DNA of 64,000 nucleotides from an uncultured Pseudomonadota bacterium. GTDB lineage: Bacteria; Pseudomonadota; Alphaproteobacteria; Rhizobiales; Hyphomicrobiaceae. Shown here piece after piece: positions 20,329-32,035 of the stretch. Under the pieces are notes generated by a model. That model did not search any database and had not been told where the DNA came from. It worked only from the letters and a program-made list of their open reading frames with translations. The first letter of the stretch is position 1. Every line of letters starts with the position of its first letter. The stretch covers positions 98,338 to 162,337 of the forward strand of contig CAWJXQ010000013.1 of the NCBI GenBank assembly GCA_963846845.1, read 5' to 3'. A program made the position numbers and the translations under genes.

Positions 20329-23244
20329 CTATTGGCCCAGGCGTTCGAGCAGTGCCGGCACGTGCACCTGGTCGGCCTTGTAGTTGCCGGTCAGTGCATG
20401 CATGACGATGTTGACGCCGGTGCGCAGCGCCATCTCGCGCTGGTTCTCTCCGCCCGGCACCACGGGATAGATCGGCCGCCCGCGCTCATCCAGCGCCCAG
20501 GCCGAAGCGAAATCGTTCGACGTGATCATGATCGAGGTGACACCGTCGGCGTGACGCGCCTTGCGGCTCTGGTCCGCGCCACCACCACCGCCGCCACTAT
20601 TGCCGTCCTGCGCTTCCACCCACAGCTGGCCGCCGTCCCAGCGTCCGGGAAAGCCGCGCAGCAGATAGAACGCCTTGGTCAGCACGTGATCTTCCGGCAC
20701 GGGCTCGAGCCGCGGAATGTCGAGCGAACCCAGCAGCCGCTGCAGCGCCGGGCCGCTGCGTCCCGCCGTCGGCATGCCGGCCGGCAGCCCGTTGCCGTAG
20801 TCCTTCGTGTCGAACACGATCAGGCCGCCCTGCTTCATGTACGCGTCGATCTTTGCCAGCACCGGAACGGGCAGCGTCTTGGCCTCCGGCAGCACCGGCC
20901 AGTACAGCACGGGATAAAACGCCAGCTCGTCGTGCAGGATGTCGACGCCGCTGGGCTCGCCCGGCTCCACCGCCGTGCGCAGCTTCAGGATCTTGCCGAG
21001 GCCGACGAGCCCGAGCCGGCTGACGTTGTCGCTCTCGGCATCCCCGTCAGCACGTAGCCGAGCGTCACTTTCTCGGTGGACTTGCGCGCCAGTTCGTCAT
21101 CAGGCGTCCGCAGCCCTGACGACGCGCCGTCCTGCGCGAAGGCCTTCGGCAGCGCGCCGGGCGCAAATGCCAAACCGGCGGCGAGGATAATGGCGGCCGC
21201 GCGTGGTGCGCCGCGCCGCAAACCGGCAAGCGACAGTCCAGCCTGAAGGATGAGCACGGCAATGATATCCATGAACAGAAGGGCGAGCGCTATCGCCAGA
21301 AGCCATGGTTTCAGCGGTGTTGTCGAGGTCGCTTCGTAGGCGCGCGCTTCGGCCGACTGCGGCAGCCCCGGCAGCGGCGCAATCCTGTCGTTGCCCTGCA
21401 CCACGTTGATGGCCCGCGGCGCGCCCGCTTTGCCATAGTAGCCGGGCGGGTGATCCAGGCTCGGGCGCAACGCATTGGCCTTCGCAACCGGAATGGCCTG
21501 CGCCGTCGGTGGCGGCGGCCGCAGCAACCCGAAGCCATCCAGTGTCTCCACCGGAGGCAGTGCCTCAACCGCAGTCGTCACCGCCGTGTCGCTGCCCTCG
21601 GCCGAATTCGTCGGCGTACCGTCGCCGCCGAGCGCGATGCCACCCGCATTGCCGAGTGCCGTGATCCGCCGCAGCATCTCCACGAACAGCCCCGAGATCG
21701 GCAGGTTCGACCAGTCGGAATTCGCCGTGATGTGGAACAGCACGATCTCGCCCTCGCCGCGCTTGTGCGCGGTGACGAGCGGCGTGCCGTCCTTCAACCG
21801 CGCCCAGACTTTCACATCCGGCGTCAGCTGCGCCGGATCGGCCAGCACCTGGCGGTTGATGGCGATGTCCTGCGGCACGGTCAGCCCGGCAAACAGGCTG
21901 GAATCCTCGAACGCATTCAGCGGTTGCGGCGTCGACCACGACAGCGCGCCGCCGAGCGTGCGTCCGCCCTCGCGCAATGCCACCGGCATCAGGTCGTCGC
22001 CGCCCTTTTCCAGGCGCGCGCCGGCAAAGCGCACCAGCACGCCGCCCTGGCGCACCCACTCGTCCACCTGATCGCGCACTTCGCCCGACAGCGTGCCGAT
22101 ATCGGCCAGCATCATCACTGACGCGCCTTGCTTGATCACCGTCGTCACGCCGTCGGCCAGGTTCTGGTCCTTCGGCTTCACGATTTCCGAGAACGGCATC
22201 ACGGCCTTCTCGATGTAGTACAGCGGCGCCAGCAGCGGCTGCGACTTCTCCTGGCTCTCGCCGGAGATCAGCCCGACGCGCTGCCACTGCGACCGCGAGT
22301 CGATGAGGCTCACCGCACCGGCCGAGCGCTCGCTGCCAAGCTCGACGCGCGTCACCTGGTTGCGCAGCTCAAGCGGCAGGTTGAACGTGAATTCCGTTTC
22401 CGTCGCGCCTTGCGGCCAGCGAGAACGCCGCCTCGCCCAGCCGCTGTCCGCGCGCCGAGAACGCATAAGCGATGCCCTCGCGCCGTGGGCCACCAGCCCG
22501 CAACACTTTCGTCGTCAGCTTGCCGTCCTTGCCCACGCCGGCCAACGCCGCCAGCGCCTCACGGCCCGGCGCATCATTGATGACGGCAAACGTGCCCTGC
22601 GCGGCGACTGCCGCCAGCCCGTCGGCGAACGCGCTGGCGCCGCCCGCATGATCGATACCGTCCGTCAGCCAGACGATGCTGGCCGACTTGTCCGCCGTAC
22701 CCTGGAACGCCGCTTCCAGCGCCGCCAGTGCCGTCTTGCGGTCCGGCGCGAACGGTTGCGGCGTCACGGCCGCAGCGGTTGAGCGTGCATCGCTCGGCGC
22801 CTCGATCTTGACGACCGGCGCCTTCGCCGGATGCGCCGTCTCCACGATCGCGACCGGCCGGCTCTGCCCCTCGGCCTCGCCGATCAGCCGTTCCACCATT
22901 GCCGCATGCTCGCCCCAACGCGGGCCGGATGCCCAGCCGTTGTCGACCACGATGACCACCGGGCCGGTGCCCTTCAGGGCCTGGCTCTGCGAGGGATTGA
23001 GGATCGGTTCGGCCAGCGCCAGGATCACCAACGCCGCGGCCAGCAGCCGGATCAGCATCAGCCACCACGGCGTCTTGGCCGGCGTCTTTTCCTTGTTGTC
23101 GAGGCCGACGAGAATGCGCGTCGGCGGGAATTCGATTTGCTGCGGGCGTGGCGGCACGGTGCGCAGCAGCCAGTAGATGACGGGCAGGCTCGCCAGCGCC
23201 GCCAGCAGCCAGGGATTGAGAAACGCCAGCGCGCCGAACATCAT
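20329..23244 (-). pseudogene. BatA N-terminal domain / DUF4159 domain protein (split into 3 ORFs by two frame shifts)
   Basis: The N-terminus MMFGALAFLNPWLLAALASLPVIYWLLR is a BatA_N double-TM. The junctions FSLAA|GATETEFTFNLPLELRNQ (~22410) and GYVLTG|DAESDNVSRLGLVGLGKIL (~21043) continue cleanly in other frames. The C-terminal ORF 20329..20970 carries DILHDELAFYPVLYWPV (DUF4159-like). Confidence 0.7.
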
Positions 23245-24206
23245 GGCCCGCCTCCCAGCGTCGAAGTTTTCACTGCCCGATAGCCGCCGTCCCGGCCCTC
23301 AAGCCGCATCGTCAGCGTCAACAGCGGCTCTGATGCCGGCCGGTCCGTGTGATGCACCATGAACGTCCAGCCCAGCCGCGTCGCCAGATCGACGATCTCC
23401 GCGCGATGCGCGGCAAGCTTGTCCTGATAGCGCGCCCGCATCGTTTCCACGCGATCCGCCAGCCAGCGCTGCGACCCATCCGGCGACAGGAACTCCGTGC
23501 GGCCTTGATACGGCAATGTCTCTTCGGCGGGATCGAGCACCTGGATCAGGTGCCCGGTGACGCCGCTGCTTGCCAGCACCTCGATGTGCGCGCGGATCGT
23601 ATCGATCGGATCGAGAAAATCGGAAAACAGCACGGCCGACGAAAACCGGCTCAACCGCGCCTTCGGCGGCTGGCTTTCTTCCGCCAGGTCATGGAACTGC
23701 GGCGAGGCCATCGCCTCTGCCAGCTTCGTTGCAGCCTTGCGGCTTGCCGTCGGCACCGTCACGCCCAGCAGCCCGATGCGCTCGCCGCTGCGCACCAGCA
23801 ACTCGGCCGACGCCAGCATCAGCACCACGGCCCGATCGCGCTTCGACACCTTCGTCAGGTGCGAACGGAAATCCATCGACTTGGAAAGATTGCACCACAG
23901 CCACAGCGTATGCGCGGCTTCCCACTCGCGCTCGCGCACGTAGAGATGGTCGGTGCTGGCCGATCGCCGCCAGTCGATCAGCTGCGCGCTGTCGTTCACC
24001 TGCAGCTGGCGAAACTGCCAGAACGTTTCACCCGGTCCCGCACGCCGCCGTCCGTGAATGCCATGCGTCACCGTCGATGAAATGCGCTTGGCCTCCACCA
24101 GCAGATCCGGCAAACGGTCGGCCACGCCGTGCGCATCACGCTCCAGCGATTGCAGCGCGCTCGAGTGCCGAAGCGGCTCCCGTCTCGGTCCGCCGGCCTG
24201 TGCCAT
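23241..24206 (-). CDS. DUF58 domain-containing protein
   Basis: 321 aa. The motif HGIHGRRRAGPGETFWQFRQ...IDWRRSA...LYVREREWE is typical of DUF58. It sits between the MoxR gene and the BatA_N gene. Confidence 0.8.
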   Translation of the reverse strand: MAQAGGPRREPLRHSSALQSLERDAHGVADRLPDLLVEAKRISSTVTHGIHGRRRAGPGETFWQFRQLQVNDSAQLIDWRRSASTDHLYVREREWEAAHTLWLWCNLSKSMDFRSHLTKVSKRDRAVVLMLASAELLVRSGERIGLLGVTVPTASRKAATKLAEAMASPQFHDLAEESQPPKARLSRFSSAVLFSDFLDPIDTIRAHIEVLASSGVTGHLIQVLDPAEETLPYQGRTEFLSPDGSQRWLADRVETMRARYQDKLAAHRAEIVDLATRLGWTFMVHHTDRPASEPLLTLTMRLEGRDGGYRAVKTSTLGGGP

Positions 24207-24212
24207 TCGGCC

Positions 24213-25215
24213 TTACTCCACAGCCGCGGCGAGGCGGCTGATGATCTGGCCCGAGATCCTGGCCCTCCGCGCGCGCTGCGAACGTCAGCGCCATGCGGTG
24301 CTTCAGGATGGGATCGGCCAGCGCCACGACGTCGTCGATCGATGGCGCAAGCCGCCCGTCGATCAGCGCTTTCGCACGCACCGCCAGCATCAACGCCTGG
24401 CTGGCGCGCGGGCCGGGGCCCCAGGCGACGTAGCGGTCTGTGTCTTCGCTGGCACCCGTGCCCGGGCGCGCCGAGCGCACCAGCTTCAGGATCGCCTCGA
24501 CGACCTTGTCAGGCACCGGTATCTGCCGCACGAGACGCTGGATGCTCATCAGTTCGCCGGCATTCAGCACAGCTTCGAGCTTGCGCTCTTCCGTGCCCGT
24601 GGTCGAATAAAGCATGCGCCGCTCGGCCGCGAGATCGGGATACGACACGTCGACCTGCAGCAGGAACCGGTCGAGCTGGGCTTCCGGCAGCGGATACGTG
24701 CCTTCCTGCTCCAGCGGGTTTTGCGTCGCCAGCACGTGGAACGGCGCGGGCGTATCGTGCCGCTGCCCCGCCACCGTCACGTGGTGCTCCTGCATCGCCT
24801 GCAGCAGCGCCGACTGCGTCTTGGGCGAGGCGCGGTTGATTTCGTCAGCCATCAGCAGCTGCGTGAAGATCGGCCCCTTGATGAACCGGAACGAGCGCCG
24901 CGATTGTCCGGGCGTATCCTCCAGCACTTCCGCGCCGATGATGTCGGACGGCATCAGGTCAGGCGTGAACTGGATGCGCTTGGCATCGAGGCCAAGCACG
25001 CGGCCCAAGGTTTCCACCAGCAGCGTCTTGGCCAGACCCGGCACGCCGATCAGCAGCGCGTGTCCGCCCGACAGCAGCGTGATCAGCGTCCGCTCGATCA
25101 CGACGTCCTGGCCGAAGATGACGCCGGCAGCCGCTTTGTGGGCGCGCTGCACGCGTTCGCTTGCAGCTTCGAGCCGAGGAACGATGGTATCGTCAGTTTG
25201 TGTGACTGTTGTCAT
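24213..25215 (-). pseudogene. moxR: MoxR-family AAA+ ATPase (frame shift about 50 nt before the natural stop)
   Basis: Walker A HALLIGVPGLAKT and Walker B LLMADEINRA. After ...AARAEGQDLG the sequence continues in the +1 frame as QIISRLAAAVE* (TAA at 24213-24215). As sequenced, the ORF instead runs on to 24136. Confidence 0.8.
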
Positions 25216-25431
25216 TACCCGCTCAACCTGGTTGCGCCCGTTCGAGGCCTGTCGTTCACGAAGACTGTGCAGCAAAACTTTGCGTTGTGGAAGTTGGTCG
25301 CAATATGATCGCGATTTGTTCGGCCCGGGGCCCCTCGGGTCAAGTTAACAGTCCGTAAGACGGCATTTATCCAGCCCTGGCGGCCGGCTCCCCGCAGGGG
25401 AGTCGCCAGGGCCATCAAAGAGAGGTATTCG

Positions 25432-26048
25432 GTGCAGAACAACAATCGGACACACGGATCAGCGGTCTGGAACAGCTGATCAAGGCAAGCCGCCGCCCGG
25501 CCCGACGCCCCCGTCGAGCGCTGGAATCCGCCATATTGCGGTGACATCGGCCTTGCCATTCGCGCCGACGGCACCTGGACCTACCGCGACAGCCCCATCA
25601 CCCGCATGCCGCTGGTGAAGCTGTTCGCCCGCGTCCTGCGCCGCGATGCCGACGGCAAAACGTTTTTGGTGACGCCTGCGGAGAAGATCGATATTGCCGT
25701 CGCCGACGCGCCGTTCCTCGCCGTCGAGATGGAAATCAAAGGGAGGGCAGGGACCAGCAACTCATCTTCCGCACCAACGTCGACGATGTCGTCACCGCCG
25801 GATCTGATCACCCTCTGACCGTTCAAGACCACGGACGGCGGCGGTCTGAAGCCCTATGTTCGCGTCCGTGGCCGTCTCGACGCGCTGGTGTCGCGATCCG
25901 TGACGTACGACTTGCTGGATCGCCTGCAGCCTGGAACCGAAAACGCGGAGCCTTGGGCATCTGGAGCGACGGAATATTCTTCACCGTGCCCCCAGAGCTG
26001 ATCCTCGCCCTCGGAACAATAAGTTCGCACAGCCGTAGTCGCAAATAA
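25432..26048 (+). pseudogene. DUF1285 domain-containing protein (at least 3 frame shifts)
   Basis: The segments VERWNPPYCGDIGLAIRADGTWTYRDSPITRMPLVKLFARVLRRD...EKIDIAVADAPFLAVEMEIKG, then EGRDQQLIFRTNVDDVVTAGSDHPL, then FKTTDGGGLKPYVRVRGRLDALVSRSV...WGIWSDGIFFTVP lie in three different frames. Confidence 0.6.
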
Positions 26049-26072
26049 CCGCACGCGTTTCGAAAGAGCCAT

Positions 26073-26684
26073 ATGCCCCTGCATACTCCAGAAAGCCGCA
26101 AGCGCCCGCATCGCTGCCGATTTCGCCCGCGTCCGGCGACAGCCGCACGCATCTGACGCGCACCTCGGTCGTCCTCGCACTGGACGGTCGCGATCTCGAT
26201 GATCGGCATGATCTTCTTCGGGCTCTATCTCGAAAACATGGAGCGCGGCGACGCCAAGTCGTCGCTGCTCGCCCTGCACAAATCGCTGGGGTCGCTGATC
26301 CTGTTCCTCGTCATCGCCCGCATCTGGTGGCGCACACGCCAAGGCTCGCTGCAACCGCTGGGCGATCATCCCCGCTGGCACCGGATTGCCGCCAAGGCCT
26401 CGCATCATTTCCTGCTGTTCGGCACCATCGCCATGCCGCTGAGCGGCCTGATGCGCTCCATCGGCCGCGGGCGCCCGATCGATATCTTCGGCGTGCCCTT
26501 CATTCCTCAGATTGTTCGCCGAAAAGAATGAGATCCGTCAGCGTCATCGGCTCGATGCTGCACGAATGGATTGCCTATGCGCTGCTCGATCGTCGTCGCC
26601 ATCCACATCTTGGCGGCCATGAAGCACTTCCTGATCGATGGCGACGGCACGCTGCAACGCATGCTCGGCGCGCGCGTCGGCTAA
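26073..26684 (+). pseudogene. Cytochrome b561 family protein (about 5 frame shifts)
   Basis: The segments HWTVAISMIGMIFFGLYLENM...LALHKSLGSLILFLVIARIWWR...FGVPFIPQ, FAEKNE, SVIGSMLHEWIAYALL and IVVAIHILAAMKHFLIDGDGTLQRMLGARVG* lie in alternating frames. Confidence 0.65.
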
Positions 26685-26701
26685 CACTCAGGCAGCCGCT
26701 G

Positions 26702-27250
26702 TCATGCAGCCTGCCGCATCGCGTCGTCGGCCTTGAGAAACGCTTCCACGTCGGCGGGCATCGCCGGGGCCGCCCCATCGTAGCCCATCGCAGCCATCAC
26801 CTCGCTGATCGGCACGAACGCCCGCACCTTGCGATCGTAGAACCCGCCCTTGAACAGCGCTCGCGAGGCCACCTGTCCCGCGCGATCGCCTTTGACGAAT
26901 ACGAACTGGTGCTCGATCACGACGATCGTGTCGTCCCAGCCGATCATGCGCGTCTCCAGCCGGTACGGCTCGAACAGACGCATCTCGCGCCGGTAGCGGA
27001 TGGCGATCGAACTGGCGATCGGCGTCCAGCGATTTTTGACCACCGCGCGCCACAGCCCGCTGGCCAGAACGAGGTCGAGCCGCCCTAGGTCGCCGATCGT
27101 GAGATAGCGGCCGTTGTTCATATGGCCGATCGCGTCGAGGTCGTGCGGCATGACGCGAAAATTAAGCGTGGAGACGCCGTCCGGCACCGCCAGCTTCGGC
27201 GTGAAAGGCTGTATCAGGATGCACCAGAGCAGTCGCAGCCACAGGTTCAT
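26702..27250 (-). CDS. Hotdog-fold acyl-CoA thioesterase family protein
   Basis: Pattern FRVMPHDLDAIGHMNNGRYLTIGDLGRLD...IRYRREMRLFEPYRLETRMIGWDD. The start was set at MNLWLRLL. Confidence 0.65.
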   Translation of the reverse strand: MNLWLRLLWCILIQPFTPKLAVPDGVSTLNFRVMPHDLDAIGHMNNGRYLTIGDLGRLDLVLASGLWRAVVKNRWTPIASSIAIRYRREMRLFEPYRLETRMIGWDDTIVVIEHQFVFVKGDRAGQVASRALFKGGFYDRKVRAFVPISEVMAAMGYDGAAPAMPADVEAFLKADDAMRQAA

Positions 27251-27435
27251 GCGATCGCCTCCGTGATCGTGCCCGACACTATCCGAAGTTGACGTATACG
27301 TCAACTTAGACGGCTGGCGGGAGACCAGGGGTCTGACCCCATAACTCGACCTGCATTTTCCACCGCTATCTGTGTCACTTCAGGCTGCCGCACGCCCTCC
27401 GCAATGTGCTACCACAATGCATCGTTTGCTTCGCC

Positions 27436-29119
27436 ATGCGCAGGGGATCGGCTTGGCACGTTCGTCTTATCAGTCGTTTTGGAAAGTCCTGGCGTACCGG
27501 CCTGGCAGCTGCGGTATTCGCAGCTGCGGCTCAAGCCGCGCCCTCACCCGACCCAGGCGCTCGTCGATCAGGCCGCAACGTCGCTGATGCGCGGCGATGC
27601 CGCCCAGGCGGCTGCCGGCTACACGGAAGCGTTGAAGGACACCAGCCTTCCCAACGATCGCCGCGCCAGCATTCTCACCGATCGCGGCGTGGCCTACACG
27701 CGCCTCAACCAGGCCAAGCTGGCGATCGACGATTTCAACAAGGCCGCTCAGCTTTTTCCTGAGTACGCGGCCGTCTACAATAATCGCGGCAACCTGCTGC
27801 TCGCGCTCGGCCTGCCCAAGGAAGCCATCAAGGATTTCGAACGCGCCATCGTGCTCGCCCCCGGCTATGCCTCGGCCTACAACAATCGCGCCAACGCCTA
27901 CATGAAGCTGGGCCAGTCCGGCGACGCGGTGCGCGACTACAGCAAGGCCATCCAACTGATGCCGGCCAACGCCGCCCCGCTCAGCGGCCGCGGCCGCGCT
28001 CATCTCTCGCTGGGCCGCCCCCACGCCGCCATCCGCGACTTCTCCCGCTCCGTCACGGCAGACTCGCGCTTTGCCTCCGGTTACCGCAATCGCGCCGAAG
28101 CCAAGCTCGAGGTGGAACACTTCGACGAGGCGATCGAGGATCTGTCGCGCGCCATCGCCTTCGACGCCAACAATGCCGAGATGCTGGTTCTGCGCGGCAA
28201 CGCCTACATGGCGACGAAGAATACACCATCCGCCATCAAGGATTTCACGCGCGCCATCGAGCTCAGTCCGAATTTCGCCGCCGCCTTCGAAGCGCGCGGC
28301 TTGGCGCACGGCATCATCGATGCGCGCGAAGAAGCCTTCGCCGATCTGAACCGCGCCATAGAACTCGACCCGCGCTCGGCCACGGCCTTTGCCTTCCGCG
28401 CCTTCGTCTACAAGCAGGACAGCCAGCCCGATATCGCCATGAAGGATATCGAGACCGCGCTGAAGCTCGACGAGAAGCGCGCCGAGGTCTATTGGGCCCG
28501 CGCCGAGATCGAGGAGGCCCAAGGCCGGTCTGATATGGCCGTTGCCGACCTGCGCCGCGCGCTGGGCCTGCGCCCCGGCTATCGCGACGCGCTCGACAGC
28601 CTGCAACGTCTCGGCTTCTCGGTCGCCGAACCCGACGACACGGGCCTGGAGGGTCTGGGCCTCGACAAGTGGCGCGTCATCACGCGCTCCGGCCGCTACG
28701 TCGCCGTCAACGAAGACTACCCGCGCATCTCCGTGCCGCTGGAGATGATGGGCGAAGGCAAGCCGCGTATTACCGACTGGGAACTGAAGGAAGCCCCGTT
28801 CAAGGGGATCGGCGTTCTCACTTTCGACGCAGGATCGCTCGCCACGCCCAAAGGCAAGGAAGACACCCAGCAGGTCGCCATCATCGATACGCTGGAGAAC
28901 AAGATCGTCGCCATCGAGCCGCAAAAGCAGGGCAACAAGACCGCGAGCTGGACGTGGGAAGAGGGCAAGGTGACCGTGGCCTCTGCCGATGGCGTCACCG
29001 ACGAATACAACCTGCGTGTCGGCAAAGACGAGGCGGTGGCCGAGCGCCGCTCGACGCAGACCTGGACGCGCCCTCAGCGGCGCAAGCCCAAGACGCTGTT
29101 CGACCTGTTCTTCAACTGA
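27436..29119 (+). pseudogene. Secreted TPR-repeat protein with an unrecognised ~170-aa C-terminal domain (probable frame shift near 27553)
   Basis: About 10 TPR units (AYNNRGNLLLALG, AYNNRANAYMKLG, and others). The signal-like N-terminus MRRGSAWHVRLISRFGKSWRTGLAAAVFAAAAQAAPSPDP is in the neighbouring frame and joins QALVDQAATSLMRGD. Alternatively, an internal start with no frame shift is possible. Confidence 0.7.
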
Positions 29120-29184
29120 TAGGCAATCCGCAGCCCTCCTTTGAGCGTACGAACGTTTTTGAAGACTCGACGTTCAAGGCCTGC

Positions 29185-30631
29185 ATGAGCGATCCCGTAC
29201 AAATCGTCTGGTTCCGCCAGGATCTTCGCCTCACCGATCATCGTGCCCTGTGCGCCGCGATCGCCACCGGCGCACCTGTGCTGCCCGTCTACATCCTCGA
29301 CGACGAGACGCCGGGCCCTTGGGCCATCGCCTCGGCGTCGCGCTGGTGGCTGCATCACAGCCTCGCCGAACTGACCAACGCGCTCGGCCGCATCGGCGCT
29401 CCGCTTCTGCTGCGTCGCGGCACGTTCGCCGATGAACTCGTGAAGCTCGTCAAGGAAACGGGTGCCACAGCCGTCTTTTGTTCTCGCGCCTACGAGCCGT
29501 GGGCCGCAGCTCTCGAAAACGACCTCAAGGCCAAACTCGACACGGTGGGTGCCGAACTGAAGCGCTATCCCGGCACGCTGCTGCGCGAGCCGGAAGACCT
29601 GGGCACCAAGACCGGTGGCCCGTTCAAGGTCTACACGCCGTTTTGGAACGCGCTTTCCGGCGGCCACGATCCCGCCAAGCCGCAGCCTGCTCCAACCAAA
29701 ATAACGCCGCCCGGCAAGCTGCCCAAAAGCGATCAACTCGTGTCCTGGAAACTGCTGCCCACCAAACCTGATTGGGCTGGCGGCATGCGCGAGAGCTGGC
29801 AGCCGGGCGAGGCCGGTGCCGAACGCCGCCTCGAAGCCTTTCTCGACGAAACCGTCTCAGGCTACGCCGGCAGCCGCAATCGTCCCGACAAGGTAGGGAC
29901 CTCGCGCCTCTCTCCGCACCTCCATTTCGGCGAGATCAGCCCCAGCCGCGTCTGGCACGCCGTGATGCACCACGCGCGTGGCGGCTCGCTGACGAAGGGC
30001 GCCGAGACCTACCTCAAGGAAATCGTGTGGCGCGAGTTCTCCTACCACCTGCTGTTTCATTTTCCCGATCTGCCCGAAAAGCCGTTCCGGCCCGAGTTTG
30101 CTTCCTATCCGTGGAAATACCAGCAGGCGAAACTTGTGGCTTGGCAACGCGGCCAGACCGGGTTTCCCATCGTCGATGCGGGCATGCGCGAGCTGTGGCA
30201 CACCGGCTGGATGCACAACCGCGTGCGCATGATCGCAGCCTCGTTTCTCATCAAGCATCTGCTGATCTCCTGGCAGCAGGGCGAGGCGTGGTTCTGGGAC
30301 ACGCTTGTCGACGCTGATCTGCGCCAACAACGCCGCCAGCTGGCAGTGGGTGGCGGGCTCCGGCGCTGACGCGGCACCCTATTTCCGCATCTTCAACCCG
30401 ATGAAGCAGGGAACCACCTTCGACCCCAATGGCGATTATGTGCGCCATTGGGTGCCCGAGCTGGCAGCCCTGCCCGACGAGGATCTCCACGCGCCTTGGG
30501 AGGCCACAGCGGCAACGTTGGCCAAAGCCGGCGTCGTATTGGGCAAAACCTATCCGCACCCGATCGTTGATCACGCCGACGCTCGCAAGGCCGCGCTTGC
30601 CGGCTATGCGGCCGTTCGGGACTCACACTGA
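29185..30631 (+). pseudogene. phrB: Deoxyribodipyrimidine photolyase (one frame shift near 30318)
   Basis: N-terminus MSDPVQIVWFRQDLRLTDHRAL; motifs TSRLSPHLHFGEIS and WHTGWMHNRVRMIAASFL. After TLVDADL the protein continues in the next frame as ANNAASWQWVAGSGADAAPYFRIFNP... (ORF 30305..30631). Confidence 0.85.
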
Positions 30632-30788
30632 CGGCCCCGGCGCGTCAATCCGCGCTGCGTCAGAACCGCGCTCGCAGCAAAATATTGCCATGAAACCAGC
30701 ACATTAATCGACTTTGCGTGTGACCGCCTCGAAACGACCCGGCCTGTGGCATCATCCTGGCCGGGACAGAACTTAGGAGTGCTGTTTC

Positions 30789-31883
30789 ATGAAGGCTGCG
30801 TCTATCGCTGCGATCCTCGCGCTCGCGCTTGCCGCAACCGGCGCCGTCGCCCAATCGCCTCCGGTGACGACAAATCAGTCGCCGCCATCGGCAGCCGTTG
30901 CGCCCGGCGAACCCCAGATCCTCAATGCTCCAAAGCCCGCCCAGAAGCCGGCAGCTGCAGTAGAGCCATATGCGGGCCAGAAGCCGGCAGGCTCGCCGCA
31001 GCAGACAACGGCCCCGCCGGCGCCGCCCCCTTCGGCGGCAACAGCTCCAGCGGCTCCATCTGCAACGGCACCTGCAGCGGAAGGTGCGGCCACGGCTGCA
31101 AAGGCAGCAGCATCGGAAGCCAAGTCCGCTGCCCCGGTCCCGGAGGGCCCAGCGGTCAAGCCCATCGACAAAGGCGGCGTGCCTGCATCGACGGCTGCAA
31201 AAGGCGATGCCAAGCCGGAGAGCAAGTCCGATGCGAAATCTGACGCCGTGCCCGCGCTCGCCAAGCCCGAGCCACCCAAGCCCACGCTTCACGTCGCCAT
31301 CGATCTGACGAGCCAGAAGATGACGGTCAGCGAAAATGGGGGCGCTTCGTACAAGTGGTCGATCTCGTCTGGCCGCACCGGCTACCTCACGCCGAAGGGC
31401 ACGTTCCGTCCGGTCTGGATGTCCAAGATGTGGTACTCGCGCAAATACGATTACGCGCCGATGCCGCACGCCATCTTCTTCCATGGCGGTGCCGCGATCC
31501 ACGGCACGGATTCCGTATACGCGCTGGGCCGCCCCGCCTCGCATGGCTGCGTGCGCCTGTCGCCGTCAAACGCGGCGGCGCTCTACCGCATGGTCACCAA
31601 GCACGGCAAGCAGAAGACGCAGATCACCGTGTTCGGCACGCCGAAGCAATCTGCGCCCGTGGCCTCCAATGACGAGGGCACCCGCCGTCCGCGCACCACG
31701 CTGCGCAGCTTCGAGGACGGCCCCTCGTGGGACGACGACGACGACATGCCGCCGGTTCCCCGCCGCGGCGTTTACAGCGATCGTGGCTACGACGACGAAT
31801 ATGACGAGCGGCCGCGTTACCGCTCCCCGCCGCCGCGCCAGCGCCGCTACGTGCGCGACTACGACTCATACGGCGACTTCTGA
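30789..31883 (+). CDS. L,D-transpeptidase (YkuD) family protein
   Basis: Signal peptide, an Ala/Pro-rich linker, then the catalytic motif AIFFHGGAAIHGTDSVYALGRPASHGCVRLSPSNAAALY. Confidence 0.85.
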   Translation: MKAASIAAILALALAATGAVAQSPPVTTNQSPPSAAVAPGEPQILNAPKPAQKPAAAVEPYAGQKPAGSPQQTTAPPAPPPSAATAPAAPSATAPAAEGAATAAKAAASEAKSAAPVPEGPAVKPIDKGGVPASTAAKGDAKPESKSDAKSDAVPALAKPEPPKPTLHVAIDLTSQKMTVSENGGASYKWSISSGRTGYLTPKGTFRPVWMSKMWYSRKYDYAPMPHAIFFHGGAAIHGTDSVYALGRPASHGCVRLSPSNAAALYRMVTKHGKQKTQITVFGTPKQSAPVASNDEGTRRPRTTLRSFEDGPSWDDDDDMPPVPRRGVYSDRGYDDEYDERPRYRSPPPRQRRYVRDYDSYGDF

Positions 31884-32035
31884 TAGTTAGAAAAAAGCGC
31901 CCGCTTTTCAGCAAGCTAGGCGGCTTGCGCAAACATTCTTCCGTCCAAACGCATTTCTCGGGAGCCAATATGGTCCCCGTGCGTTTCGTGCTGAGCAAAA
32001 AATGCGAAAAAAACGCTCGTCGAAGGAGATCGATC

